Translations under genes and position numbers: made by a program | Assembly: GCA_951406725.2 (NCBI GenBank) | Contig: OX597815.1 | Coordinates: forward strand, 179,986,001-180,050,000 | Direction: 5' to 3' | Length of the DNA stretch: 64,000 nt | Origin: Octopus vulgaris | Taxonomy: Eukaryota | In this document: positions 52,993 through 64,000 of the stretch, in pieces | Position numbering within the stretch: the first letter of the stretch is position 1 | Layout of the letters: every line of letters begins with the position of its first letter | Notes under the pieces: model-generated | What the model was told of the DNA's origin: nothing | Database searches by the model: none | Seen by the model: only the letters and a program-made list of their open reading frames with translations

Positions 52993-52994
<2 letters not shown>
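52738..52994. repeat. Foldback element with about 105-bp arms
   Basis: aaatggggaaggcc...aacctgttgacccaagacctc is mirrored by gaggtcatgggtcaacaggtt...ggccttccccattt. Confidence 0.9.
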
Positions 52995-53031
<37 letters not shown>

Positions 53032-53093
53032 TAAATGTGAAACAAGGTGGAATAAATAGAACCCGAATACCAGAGGTAGGTATATATATATAA

Positions 53094-53136
<43 letters not shown>

Positions 53137-53188
53137 TGTGTGTATATATATATATATAAGATGTATGTATACACACACACACACACAT

Positions 53189-53253
<65 letters not shown>

Positions 53254-53635
53254 GAATTTAGAAAAAAACAAAAGACGAAGTCGGGTGTGTAAACAACAAA
53301 CATACATTAGTTTAACTCTCGGAAGGGGAGAAAGTTTTTATATTTCAAGCTTATGCTCTTCGACAGAAAGGAACACAGAAATAAACAGTGAGATATATAC
53401 ATATCTGTGTGTGTCTGTTTGTCCCTACCCACCACTTGGTTTGGCAAAACAGTCCAATAATATAAGCACCAAGCTTTAAAAAAAAAGTACCAGGATTGAT
53501 TCATTCAACTAAAATTTCTCAAGGTAGTGCTGCAGCATGGTCAGAGTCAAATGACTGAAACTATGTACGGTGTGTCTCAGTGTAATATACATATACATGT
53601 AATACATATATGTAACATACAGTATATACATAATA

Positions 53636-53671
<36 letters not shown>

Positions 53672-53673
<2 letters not shown>

Positions 53674-54062
53674 GGCGCAGGTGTGGCTGTTTGGTAAGTA
53701 ACTTGCTTACCAACCACATGGTTCTGGGTTCAGTCCCACTGTGTGGCACCTTCAGCAAGTGTCTTCTACTGTAGCCTCGGGCAGACCAAAGCCTTGTGAA
53801 TGGATTTGATAGACGGAAACTGGAAGAAGCCCATCACATATATGTGTGTGTGTGTGTGTTTGTTTGCTTGTCGCCCCACCATTGCTTGACAACCAATACT
53901 GGTGTGTTTATGTACCCCTAACTTAGCAGTTCGGCAAAAGAGACCGGTAGAATAAATACTCGGCTTACAAAGAATAAGTCCTGGGGTCGATTTACTCGAC
54001 TAAAGGCGGTGCTCCAGCATTGCCACAGTCTGATGACTGAAACAAGTAAAAGAATAAAAGAA
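53672..54062 (+). mobile_element. SINE family 1, full length
   Basis: Colinear with the family consensus. Confidence 0.9.
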
Positions 54063-54078
54063 TAGATATATAGTATAT

Positions 54079-54111
<33 letters not shown>

Positions 54112-54781
54112 CATATTCATACATGTGTGTGTGTGTGTATATACACATATATATATAGGCATATGTATATAGATATACACTTGTAAATACATGCATATAA
54201 ATACATATATATATGGAGAGAGAGAGAGATACACACATATGTACACACAGATATATATATATTAATCTTCATTTAGTTGTAACTTTTAGCATCACCTCTA
54301 TTCTAGCATATGCTACGACAACAGCAACTATTACTGCTATCATTACAGCTTCTACTGCTAACCATAGTCTATCCTAATTGCCACATAGTATGATTTATAG
54401 TCTATGAGAATTCCAAAAACTGAAGCTAATGGTATTTGTGATTACTACATCTTTTCTGTATTGATTTTTTTCCTCTTCAAACCCTATATGAAGAAATCAA
54501 TATGGTATTCATAAATTACATCACTGAAATAGTACACTAACCTATCACACGTTCTTACCATCACTAACAGGAAGAGATTCTATTTAAACAAGGTTATTTA
54601 TTTTAACTTTATCTTTTATGAAGTATTCTTTTAAATTCAACACCAAAATTCTAGCAATGTCAAAGGAAACGGCAAAGCTTTGAAAATCCAAGAGATAGTA
54701 TGAACACTGCAACAGGGTGGGCTGCATATTATAATAAGGTAATAATTTTCTTAATTAAATGCAGTGTTCTTAAACGAACAT

Positions 54782-55060
54782 CTTTCTCTAGCTGCCATGT
54801 CTGGAATATAGGACAGAAGTGATCATATCCTGCCACAATTCTCAGTTCTTTGTTTTTTTCTGTTACAGTTCCACTTTCTGATGTTTAATGCCTTTCTTCC
54901 AACCAATTCTTCAAGCTTTACATCTATCTCATCCTTCTTCTTCTTCCTCTGTTTCTTTCCCCATCAAACTTTCTTAAATTCTCCCTGGGTCCTGTTTCCT
55001 CATCACATGTCTAAGAAATCTCAGTTGCTTGGCCCTTACCTCATGATAGGAGCCAATGAT
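54782..55060 (-). mobile_element. Old RTE-like LINE 3' fragment of a different family
   Basis: Minus strand QLRFLRHVMRK ... GERNRGRRRR ... LWQDMITSVLYSRHGS*. Confidence 0.6.
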
Positions 55061-55492
55061 GATATATAAATGTCATTAAAAAAATCGATCAAAAATCAAT
55101 GGAAATTGTAGTTGTGATACCAGTGCCGATGGCACATAAAAAGATCCATCCAAATGTGGCCATTGCCAGTGCCGCCTCGACTGGCCTCCATGCTGGTAGC
55201 ATGTGAAAAGCACCAACTGATCGTGGCCGTTGCCAGCCTCGCCTGGCACCTGTGCTGGTGGCACGTAAAAAGCACCCACTACACTCATGGAGTGGTTGGC
55301 GTTAGGAAGGGCATCCAGCTGTAGAAACACTGCCAGATCAGACTGGGCCTGGTGCAGCCTCCTGGCTTCCCAGACCCTGGTCAAACCGTCCAACTCATGC
55401 TAGCAGGGAAAGCAGACGTTAAACGATGATGATGATGATGATGATAAATAGTAAAATGTGTAAAATTGTAAACATTGTTTTATATTTTTTAG

Positions 55493-55576
55493 TGAGCGAT
55501 GTCACTAATGAAAACATCAGCACTTTACTAATTAGACAGAGTCATTAAACCAATGGCCATGAAATACCTCTGTGCA
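55493..55576 (+). pseudogene. Candidate 84-nt exon
   Basis: Acceptor tgttttatattttttag and donor GCA|gtaagt; frame-preserving length, but every frame has at least one stop. Confidence 0.4.
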
Positions 55577-56009
55577 GTAAGTAACAACACTTGTATCTGT
55601 GCAAATAACTTCACATGCAAGGTGTTATTCAAATGTGTGACAAACAAACTCATACCATGAGTACAGAATGTTCAATAAGGTTATCTAGGATGAAGAAAAG
55701 GTTTTGAACACCTTACCGTGTTCCATGATAACATTGAGAAAATAGAAATAATTCAAGCTACAAGATTTAATTTCCACAGGCACTAGATGTAGTATACCAT
55801 AGTGAATTACTAGTAGGAATTGAACATTGAATTTGTGTGCCTGGCTCCCTTTTCTTAAGTTGACCTCGTTGAGTTGCGGGGGAGAAAAGAGAGGAAGTTC
55901 AAATGGGTATACACGCTTAAATAGGCGTTGTGCTACTAGCGCCCTCCTGCATGTCGTTTTGCAGTACTGCGTAGTAAGTTAGCAAAGGGGGAGCTAACCA
56001 CGTTCACTT

Positions 56010-56029
56010 GGAATGTTCTAGAATGTTCG
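56010..56029. promoter_or_regulatory. Perfect four-unit heat-shock element motif
   Basis: gGAAt gTTCt aGAAt gTTCg, alternating nGAAn pentamers; function untested. Confidence 0.45.
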
Positions 56030-56416
56030 ATCAGGAGAGATAACTGTCGTTGACCCCCAACGAATTTTTTATGGGCTTGTGAACCTGCTTCATATAGCAT
56101 TGCCTACAATTTCACTGCTATCAGTCGTTGGACTATGGCCAAACTGGAGCACTGCCTTCAAGGATATCTTCAGTACCTGACTGATACTCATTTTATTGTC
56201 TTTGGAAAGATGAAAGGCCAAGTCAAACCAAGTGAGATTTGAAAACTGGACCCCAAAAGACACAAATCAAATACCAAAATGCATTCAATTATGCCTAAAC
56301 GCATAATTTACATTTAATTCTTAAATTAATTATGGCTTAAACTGCAGGGTTCAATGAATTTATTTACACATCTATATTTTTTGACATACCAGGAATTTAT
56401 TTATACATCTGTATAG

Positions 56417-56580
56417 TTTGATATACCTGTATATAATGATAGATAAAATTATAAAGGGGATGGTTGGACCTGAAGATTGGGGTTGTATATAAGGGGAGGT
56501 TCTGTAAGAGACTGGGTGTCTCAAGAATATAGTATACAGCCTCATGAATCACGTGTAGTCGATAACTTTGAACACGAATA
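56417..56580 (+). pseudogene. Candidate decayed exon (FDIPVYNDR*NYKGDGWT*RLGLYIRGGSVRDWVSQEYSIQPHESRVVDNFEHE)
   Basis: Acceptor ttatacatctgtatag, donor TA|gtaagt, two stops; LYIRGGSVRD resembles a class II nucleotidyltransferase motif. Confidence 0.5.
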
Positions 56581-56670
56581 GTAAGTATTAAATATAACAT
56601 TCTATGACATGGTTGAATTTATATTCTGATTTGATTAATTTTATGGAGATTTCTGTCTCTAATGATACTT

Positions 56671-56714
<44 letters not shown>

Positions 56715-56757
56715 TCCTAGTTTCAGCTCAGAGCTGCAGCCATGCTGATGCACTGCC

Positions 56758-56798
<41 letters not shown>

Positions 56799-56849
56799 GA
56801 TACATCTATACATACATACACGTACACACACACACACACACATATTGAA

Positions 56850-57150
56850 GGTAAGGTGTGTGACTTGGTGGTTAGGGTGTTGCACTCATGATTGCAAGAT
56901 TATGGGTTTGATTCCCAGACTGGGCGCTGCGTTATGTACTTCAGCAAAGCGCTTCATTTCACGTTGCTCTGCGATCATTTCGTCATCTGATGTGTGGCGC
57001 GTGGTGCACCTGTACAGGTAACGTCCATTTGATGGAAAGAGGGAGCTTATGCGGACACAAACATTTGACCACTATAAACAAATCATCTGTGTGATTGTTC
57101 AGCAAGAAACAGCCAAACCCACATACATCATCTAACAGCAGGAGAGTCCA
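56850..57150 (+). mobile_element. tRNA-derived SINE related to family 2 (different tail)
   Basis: tggtggttagggtgttgcactcatgattgcaagattatgggtttgattccc head and cttcagcaaagcgcttcatttcacgttgctc core. Confidence 0.65.
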
Positions 57151-57181
<31 letters not shown>

Positions 57182-57185
<4 letters not shown>

Positions 57186-57570
57186 AGTATATTTGCCATT
57201 TAAATATGGCTAGCCCCTAAGGGTGGATGGTACTGTAGCTTGTAGCCCAAGGAGGACACCTCCTCCAGCTGGCTATTGACACACTTTCTGTGCCCTATCA
57301 GTATTTGCAAAGGGAAGCCATCCTTCACGTCTTCAACCTATGATACACATGGACTCGAGTTTCTGGGTATTGACCCGCCATCAATGACTCATATTGACCT
57401 GTCAATGACCCGTACTGACCCAGAAACTCGAGTCTGTGTGTATCATAGGTTGAAAACGGGAAGGATGGCTTCCCTTGCAAATATTGATAGGGCACAGAAA
57501 GTGTCAATAGCCAGCTGGAGAAGATGTCTTCCTTAGGGGTTAGCCATATTTAAATGGCAAATATACTTCA
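57182..57570. repeat. Near-perfect foldback (arms about 150-185 bp) containing hammerhead relics
   Basis: gtgaagtatatttgccatttaaatatggcta...gactcgagtttctgggt is mirrored by acccagaaactcgagtc...tagccatatttaaatggcaaatatacttcac. Confidence 0.92.
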
Positions 57571-57644
57571 CGATGTGTTGCTGCAGCTGTTTATACCTTG
57601 CTCGGAGATTTATTATTGCTTATATATATATATATATAAATAAT

Positions 57645-57687
<43 letters not shown>

Positions 57688-58888
57688 TACACAAACAGGC
57701 ACATATTTCTGGTTAGTTTACGTTGTAAGAGGGCTTCTGGGTTGTGAGGGTATTTTAGCTGGTATGAGCAGTTTTATCTTCTGGTTTCTTCTTTATTTAG
57801 AAACAAATTACGGTTATATTTGTTTTAGAATGGTTGATATTATTTTCTTATACTTCAAAGTATATATAAAGATATAAAAGTACATATGCTACCCACACAA
57901 CCTTTTCTCATAAGACCAACAGTTAGGAAGAAATGAGTATAGCAAAAAAAGAAAGACACAGATAAAACAGTATAAGAATAAAGATTAGCGAGAATGGATA
58001 ATCATAAATGAAAATGGTTTGATTGATATGTATATTGTGTAAACTTTATATTAAACCAAGAACATATATCCATCATGTATAAAATTATGCACTGTACACC
58101 CACATAAGTTGTGAAATGATTATATATTTCTTAAAAGTGGATATCATACTAAAAGAAAATCATCGCCCACTCACCAGTTTTCTCTCAGTCTATGGAGTAT
58201 GTAGCTTATTCCAATTATTCATCATCATCATCATTTAACGTCCATTTTCCGTGCTAGCACGGGTTGGATGGTTCGACCGGGGTCTGGGAAGCCAGGAGGC
58301 TGCACCAGGCTCCAGTCTGATCTGGCAGTGTTCTACAGCTGGATGCCCTTCCTAACGCCAACCACTCCGTGAGTGTAGTGGGTGCTTTTTATGTGCCACC
58401 GGCACAGAAGCCAGTCAAGGCGGTGCTGGCATCGGCCACATTCGGATGGTGCTTTTTACGTGCCACTGGCACAGAAGCCAGTCAAGGCGGTGCTGGCATC
58501 GGCCACGTTTGGATGGTGCGTTTTACGTGCCACCGGCACAGGTATCACAACTACTATTTCCATTTGTATATATACATATATAGATTGTAATGAGACTGTG
58601 TAAACATACCAATTCTGGTTGTGAATCAGTGGTGGGGACAAACATAGACACGAAGACAAATACACACACATGTATATATACTTATATATTGGGCTTCTTT
58701 CAATTTCCATCTACCAAATCCACTCACAAGACTTTGATCCACGTGAGGCCACAGTAGAAAACATTTGCGCAAAGTTCCATTCAGTGGGACTGAACACAGA
58801 ACCATATGATTGGGAAACAAGTTTCTTACCATTTAGCCATGCCTACACCTATATATATACATATATATATAAATGAATGAAGGTTTGA

Positions 58889-59048
58889 AAATGCAAAGGT
58901 CTTTTAAAGATGTTTATTGACTTGACCAATTTCCCTATTTTAGAAAAAAGATTATCAAAAGTAAAGTGTAAAGCTTTGTATAAGCTTTGTTGTGTTAAAG
59001 AATGGTTATCACAAAAGTATTAAAATACAGTTATAGTCTTTGATAATG
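58889..59048 (+). pseudogene. Candidate decayed exon 3' part (KCKGLLKMFIDLTNFPILEKRLSKVKCKALYKLCCVKEWLSQKY*NTVIVFDN)
   Basis: About 53 codons with one stop, ending at donor G|gtaaga; 5' end lies close to a SINE (58625..58850). Confidence 0.4.
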
Positions 59049-59711
59049 GTAAGAAAATGTTAAAAACAGTTTACAAGAAAGTATTCAAGAAAGGGAATAC
59101 AATAAGTATTCTGAGTTCAATAAAAATCATGTTTGTTTGGTTGCTTGGTAGTATATATATATGATGATCATCATCGTTGTTTAACGTCCATTTTCCATAC
59201 ATGCATGGGTAGGATGGTTGATAAAAGCTGGCCATGTAGAAAAACCACCCTAGACTACTGTGTCTGTTTTGGCAGGGATTTTATAGCTGGATGCCCTTCC
59301 TAATACCAACCACTCCACAGTGTGGACTCAGTGCTTTTTATGTGGCACTAGCACAGGTGAGGTTAGTTTTAGCATGATTTTTACAGCTGGATGCCCGTCC
59401 AAATGCCAACCACATTACAGTGTGGACAGGGTGCTTTTAATATGGCACCAGCACTGGCAGGGTAACCAAGTAACTCACCAGACAAGGAATTTTGAGAGGG
59501 GGCAGGGGCATTTGCGGAGGGGAACTTGTGCCAGAGGATGAAAGGTTAGAGTGTGACAAAGGGACAGAGAGACAGAAGCAGGTGTCTTCCACAACAGAGG
59601 GGTCATTAGAAGAGGTGATGCAGTATCAAATGATGAAAGGTTAGGGTGTAATAGAGGAATAGAGAGGCAGAAATAGGTGTCTTGCTATAAAGGAGGTACA
59701 TGGTTATCCAG

Positions 59712-59863
59712 TGAGAGAGAAGGAGAGAGAGAGAGGAGAGAGGAGAGAGAGAGAGGAGAGAGAGAGAGGAGAGAGAGAAGAGAGAGAGGAGAGAGAGAAG
59801 AGAGAGAGGAGAGAGAGAGAAGAGAGAGAAGGAGAGAGAGAGGAGAGAGAGAGAAGGAGAGAG

Positions 59864-59895
<32 letters not shown>

Positions 59896-59912
59896 AAAGA
59901 GAGAAGAGAGAC
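59712..59912. repeat. (GA)-rich polypurine microsatellite
   Basis: Direct reading. Confidence 0.95.
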
Positions 59913-60342
59913 AGGGAGTGAGAGAGGTACAAGAGAGAAGTACAAGAGAGAGGTCAGAAACAAATGTGCTGAAGTAAAGGAGATACTCGGTTACCTAGTC
60001 AGAGGAAGAACAAGAGGAGAGAGAAAGTGACTAAAGGGAAAGAGAGAGTAGGAAACAGCAAAAGCATAAGAGAGATCAGAAGAGAGATGGTGTAGTGTAG
60101 TGCTAGGGTATATTCACGAGAGAGAGAGAGAGAGACAGAGATAAATGCAAACACACACACACACACGCTTTTTTAATCGCATACAAACATTGTGTCTGTA
60201 TATACATTATATTCCATGAACAGCACCACTTAACCCTCTGCCCCCATACCATGCTGAGTTCATTTTGGCCACTTCACAGCGCTGTATGATAAGCTGACAG
60301 AATGAGTCTCATAAGTTAAAAATCTTATGAAATTTATGTCTA

Positions 60343-60373
<31 letters not shown>

Positions 60374-60554
60374 GCATACATATACATGATTCATTATTCA
60401 TAGCTGGTCAGGCTTTGTGCAACGTTTATGTGAAATAAATGTTTATGTTTGTATTTCCAATGAACTTGCTGTGGGTGTGAAATTCTGCTGAAAAACATAT
60501 TCATGAACAAAAATCACAGACGTGGCGGAGTCGTGAGAAGCTTGTTTACCAACT

Positions 60555-60654
60555 NNNNNNNNNNNNNNNNNNNNNNNNNNNNNNNNNNNNNNNNNNNNNN
60601 NNNNNNNNNNNNNNNNNNNNNNNNNNNNNNNNNNNNNNNNNNNNNNNNNNNNNN
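60555..60654. other. Assembly gap (100 N)
   Basis: Run of exactly 100 N, a typical unknown-size scaffold gap. Confidence 0.99.
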
Positions 60655-61653
60655 TCTGCTGGGGTCTGTGAAGCCAGAAGGCTTCATCAGGCCCAGTCAA
60701 ATCTGGCAGTGTTTCTACGGCTGGATGCCCTTCCTAACGCCAACCACTCCGTGAGTGTAGTGGGTGCTTTTTACGTGCCACCCGCACTGGTGCCAGACAG
60801 AGCTGGCAAACGGCCACGAACGGATGGTGCTTTTTATGTGCCACCGGCACGAGGGCCAGGCGAGGCTGGCAACGGACACGAAACGGGGCGGTGCTGGCAA
60901 CGGTCGCGAAACGGAAAGTTCTCTTACATGCCACCGGCACTGGTAACACATCTGCAATTTCCATTGATCGATTTCCATTGATCGATTTCGATTCTGATCC
61001 TCACTTGCCTCAATGGGTCTTCACAAGCAGAGTTTCGACATGCCACCGGCACTGGTAGCACATCCGCAATTTCCATTGATCGATTTCGATTCTGATCCTC
61101 ACTTGCCTCAACACGTCTTCACAAGTAGAGTTTTGTGTCCCAAGAAGGGAAGGTATGCATACGTAGGCTGGCTCCATCCCATGTAGAAGGCCACGGGTTG
61201 TGGACTCACTTGTCCTGCCGGGTCTTCTCGCGCACAGCACACTTCCAGAGGTCTCGGTCTCTAGTCATTTCCTCAGTGAGACCTAAAGTTCGAAGGTCGT
61301 GCTTCACCACCTCGTCCCAGGTTTTCCTGGGTCTGCCTCTTCCACAGGTTCCCTCAACCGCTAGGGCGTGGCACTTTTTCACACAACTATCTTCATCCAT
61401 TCTCGCCACATGACCATACCAGCGCAAACGTCTCTCTTGCACACCACAACTGATGCTTCTTAGGTCCAGCTTTTCTCTCAAGGTACTTACACTCTGCCGA
61501 GTGTGAGTACTGACATTACACATCCATCGGAGCATACTGGCTTCATTTCTAGCGAGCTTACGCATATCCTCAGCAGTCACGGCCCATGTTTCACTGCCAT
61601 GTAGCATGGCTGTTCGTACACACGCATCATACAGTCTGCCTTTCACTCTGTGC
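60655..61653 (-). mobile_element. 5'-truncated RTE LINE, second subfamily (ORF end at 61206, long 3' UTR)
   Basis: [22 protein letters not shown]...[12 protein letters not shown]...GRGRPRKTW...EKTRQDK*; UTR has a local duplication (about 60928..61035 vs 61039..61132). Confidence 0.93.
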
Positions 61654-61921
61654 GATACATATATATATATACATATATATATACACATATATATATACAC
61701 ATATATATATACACATATATATATACACATATATATATACACATATATATATACACATATATATACACATATATATATACACATATATATATATACACAT
61801 ATATATACACAAATATATATACACAAATATATATACACATATATATATATACACATATATATATACACATATATATATACACATATATATATACACATAT
61901 ATATACACATATATATATACA

Positions 61922-62576
61922 CATCATCATCATCATCATTTAACGTCCGCTTTCCATGCTAGCATGGGTTGGACAGTTCAACTAGGGTCTGGGGAGCCCG
62001 AAGGCTGCACCAGGCCAGTCAGATCTGGCAGTGTTTCTACAGCTGGATGCCCTTCCTAACGCCAACCACTCCGAGAGTGTAGTGGGTGATTTTATGTGCC
62101 ACCGACACAGGTGCCAGACGAGGCTGGCGAACGGCCATGGAATTTGTATCTTTGTGGTACCAGGGCCGGTGGCACACAAGATAACCATCCGAACATGGCC
62201 GTAGCCAGTACCGCATCGACTGGCCTCTGTGCTGTGGGCTCATAACAAACACCATCCGATCGTGGCCGTTCGCCAGCCTCATCTGGCACCTGTGTCGGTG
62301 GCGCATAAAAACACCATCCGAAGACCCGGCAAGACTAGTCAGGCCATAACCCGTGGCCTCTACTTGGGACGTAGTCAGTCCACCTGTGCATACCTTCCTT
62401 CTTGTGACACTTGTGAAGACCTGTTGAGACAAGTGATCAAATCAAATCAAATCAAAATAGATGAACATCAATGGAATTTGTATCTTTGTGGTACCAGTGC
62501 CGGTGGCACACAAGAAAACCATCCGAACGTGGCCGTAGCCAGTACCGCATCGACTGGCCTCCGTGCTGTGGGCACG
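61922..62576. mobile_element. Rearranged copy of the 15.4-16.6 kb RTE 3'-UTR array
   Basis: 61922..62137 matches about 15450..15667 directly; 62138..62576 is the reverse complement of about 16129..16573 and shares its unit-specific variants. Confidence 0.9.
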
Positions 62577-62652
62577 ATACATATATATATATACATATAC
62601 ATATATACATATACATATATATATATACATATACATATACATATACATATAT

Positions 62653-62693
<41 letters not shown>

Positions 62694-62748
62694 TATATAC
62701 ATATATATATACATATATATATACATATATATATACATATATATATAC

Positions 62749-62823
<75 letters not shown>

Positions 62824-62824
62824 C

Positions 62825-62855
<31 letters not shown>

Positions 62856-62866
62856 CATATATATAT

Positions 62867-64000
62867 CATCATCATCATCGTTTAACGTCCGCTTTCCGCG
62901 CTAGCACGGGTTGGACGGTTTGACCGGGTCTGGGAAGCCAGGGGCCGCTCCAGGCTCCAGTCTGAATCTGGCAGAGTTTCTACGGCTGGATGCCCTTCCT
63001 AACGCCAACCACTCCGTGAGTGGATTGGGTGCTTTTTACGTGCCACCTGCACAGGGGCCGGAGGGTCCGGCATCGTCACGATCGGATTCGAGCATTTTAA
63101 CGTGTCAGCGGCACGGGGGCAACGAGGTCCGGGGTACTTTGGGGATTGGGGTATTTTGGGGATCCAGGGTACTTTGGGGATCCGGGGTACTTTGGGGATC
63201 CGGGGTACTTAGAATGGGTAGGGGGGTACTTAGAATGGGTAGGGGGTATGTGGAATTGCTGCAGAAAGCAGCCCGGGTCTTTGTAGTCACAGCATATCTC
63301 CAGAGATCTCGGTCCTTCGCCATTGCCTCAGTGAGGCCCAATGCTCTGAGGTCATGCTTGACCACCTCATCCCATGTCTTCCTGGGTCTACCTCTCCCCC
63401 TGATACCTTCAACTGTTTGGGAGTGGCACTTCTTCACACATCTCTCTTCATCCATCCGCAGCACATGACCATACCATCGCAAGCGTCGCTCTTGCACACC
63501 ACATCTGATGCTTCTTATATCCAGCATTTCTCTCAGGATACTTACACTCTGTTTTGCGTGCACACTGACACTACACATCCAGCGGATCATGCTAGCTTCA
63601 TTTCTTTCAAGTCTACGCATGTCTTCTGCAGTCACAGCCCATGTTTCATTACCGTGAAGCATGGCAGTTCGCACACATGCATCATATAATCTACCTTTTG
63701 CTCTGAGGGAGAGGCCTTTTGTTGCCAGTAGGGGTAGGAGCTTTCTGAACTTTGCCCAGGCTATTCGTATTCTAGTGGTGATACTCTCTGTGCATCCACC
63801 TCCGCTACTAACTTGGTCTCCCAGGTAGCGGAAACTATCAACTACTTCTAGTTTCTCTCCCTGGAGTGTGATGGAATCTGTTTTCTGAGTGTCTGTTGTG
63901 TCTATTGTCCCTGTGCATCTGCCGCACATGAAAGCTATCTTATCTGTTAATTTCCCTTTAATGTTGCTGCACCTCTTATGTGTCCATAACTTACATTGGG
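62867..64000 (-). mobile_element. RTE LINE 3' part, nearly identical to 44115..45220, running off the window
   Basis: ORF 63105..63929 matches the 44365 ORF except for extra minisatellite units at the C-terminus. Confidence 0.95.

Noticed and set aside
55933-55952. CTCF-like site (gcaggagggcgctag on minus)
   Set aside because: Four mismatches in the 5' half of the core motif.

Overview
AT-rich, repeat-saturated eukaryotic DNA. The repeat families (tRNA-derived SINEs, RTE LINE 3' ends with (GAT)n tails, very long (TA)/(TACA) microsatellites) look like an Octopus genome; this is an inference from repeat content. I found no intact host gene, RNA gene or CRISPR array, and most ORFs in the supplied track are microsatellite or repeat artefacts. 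Supported content: three RTE LINE fragments with protein remnants plus more than 20 short RTE 3'-UTR fragments, an R4/Dong-like RLE LINE end, two decayed Tc1/mariner elements (one Hsmar1-like with nested insertions), several SINE families, piggyBac/Tc1/hAT MITEs, a non-autonomous Helitron, Penelope-type ends carrying minimal hammerhead-ribozyme motifs, five long foldback repeats and a 100-N gap. Between the repeats is a series of long stop-poor reading frames, mostly with splice signals, that look like exons of a large decayed gene. They lie on + at about 2.6-7 kb and 47-59 kb but on - at 25-41 kb. The post-gap segment (61.9-64 kb) joins an inverted copy of the 16 kb region to a copy of the 44 kb region, as expected if the 16-44 kb block is inverted (real inversion or assembly/haplotype effect). 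Repeat boundaries were read by eye and are approximate.
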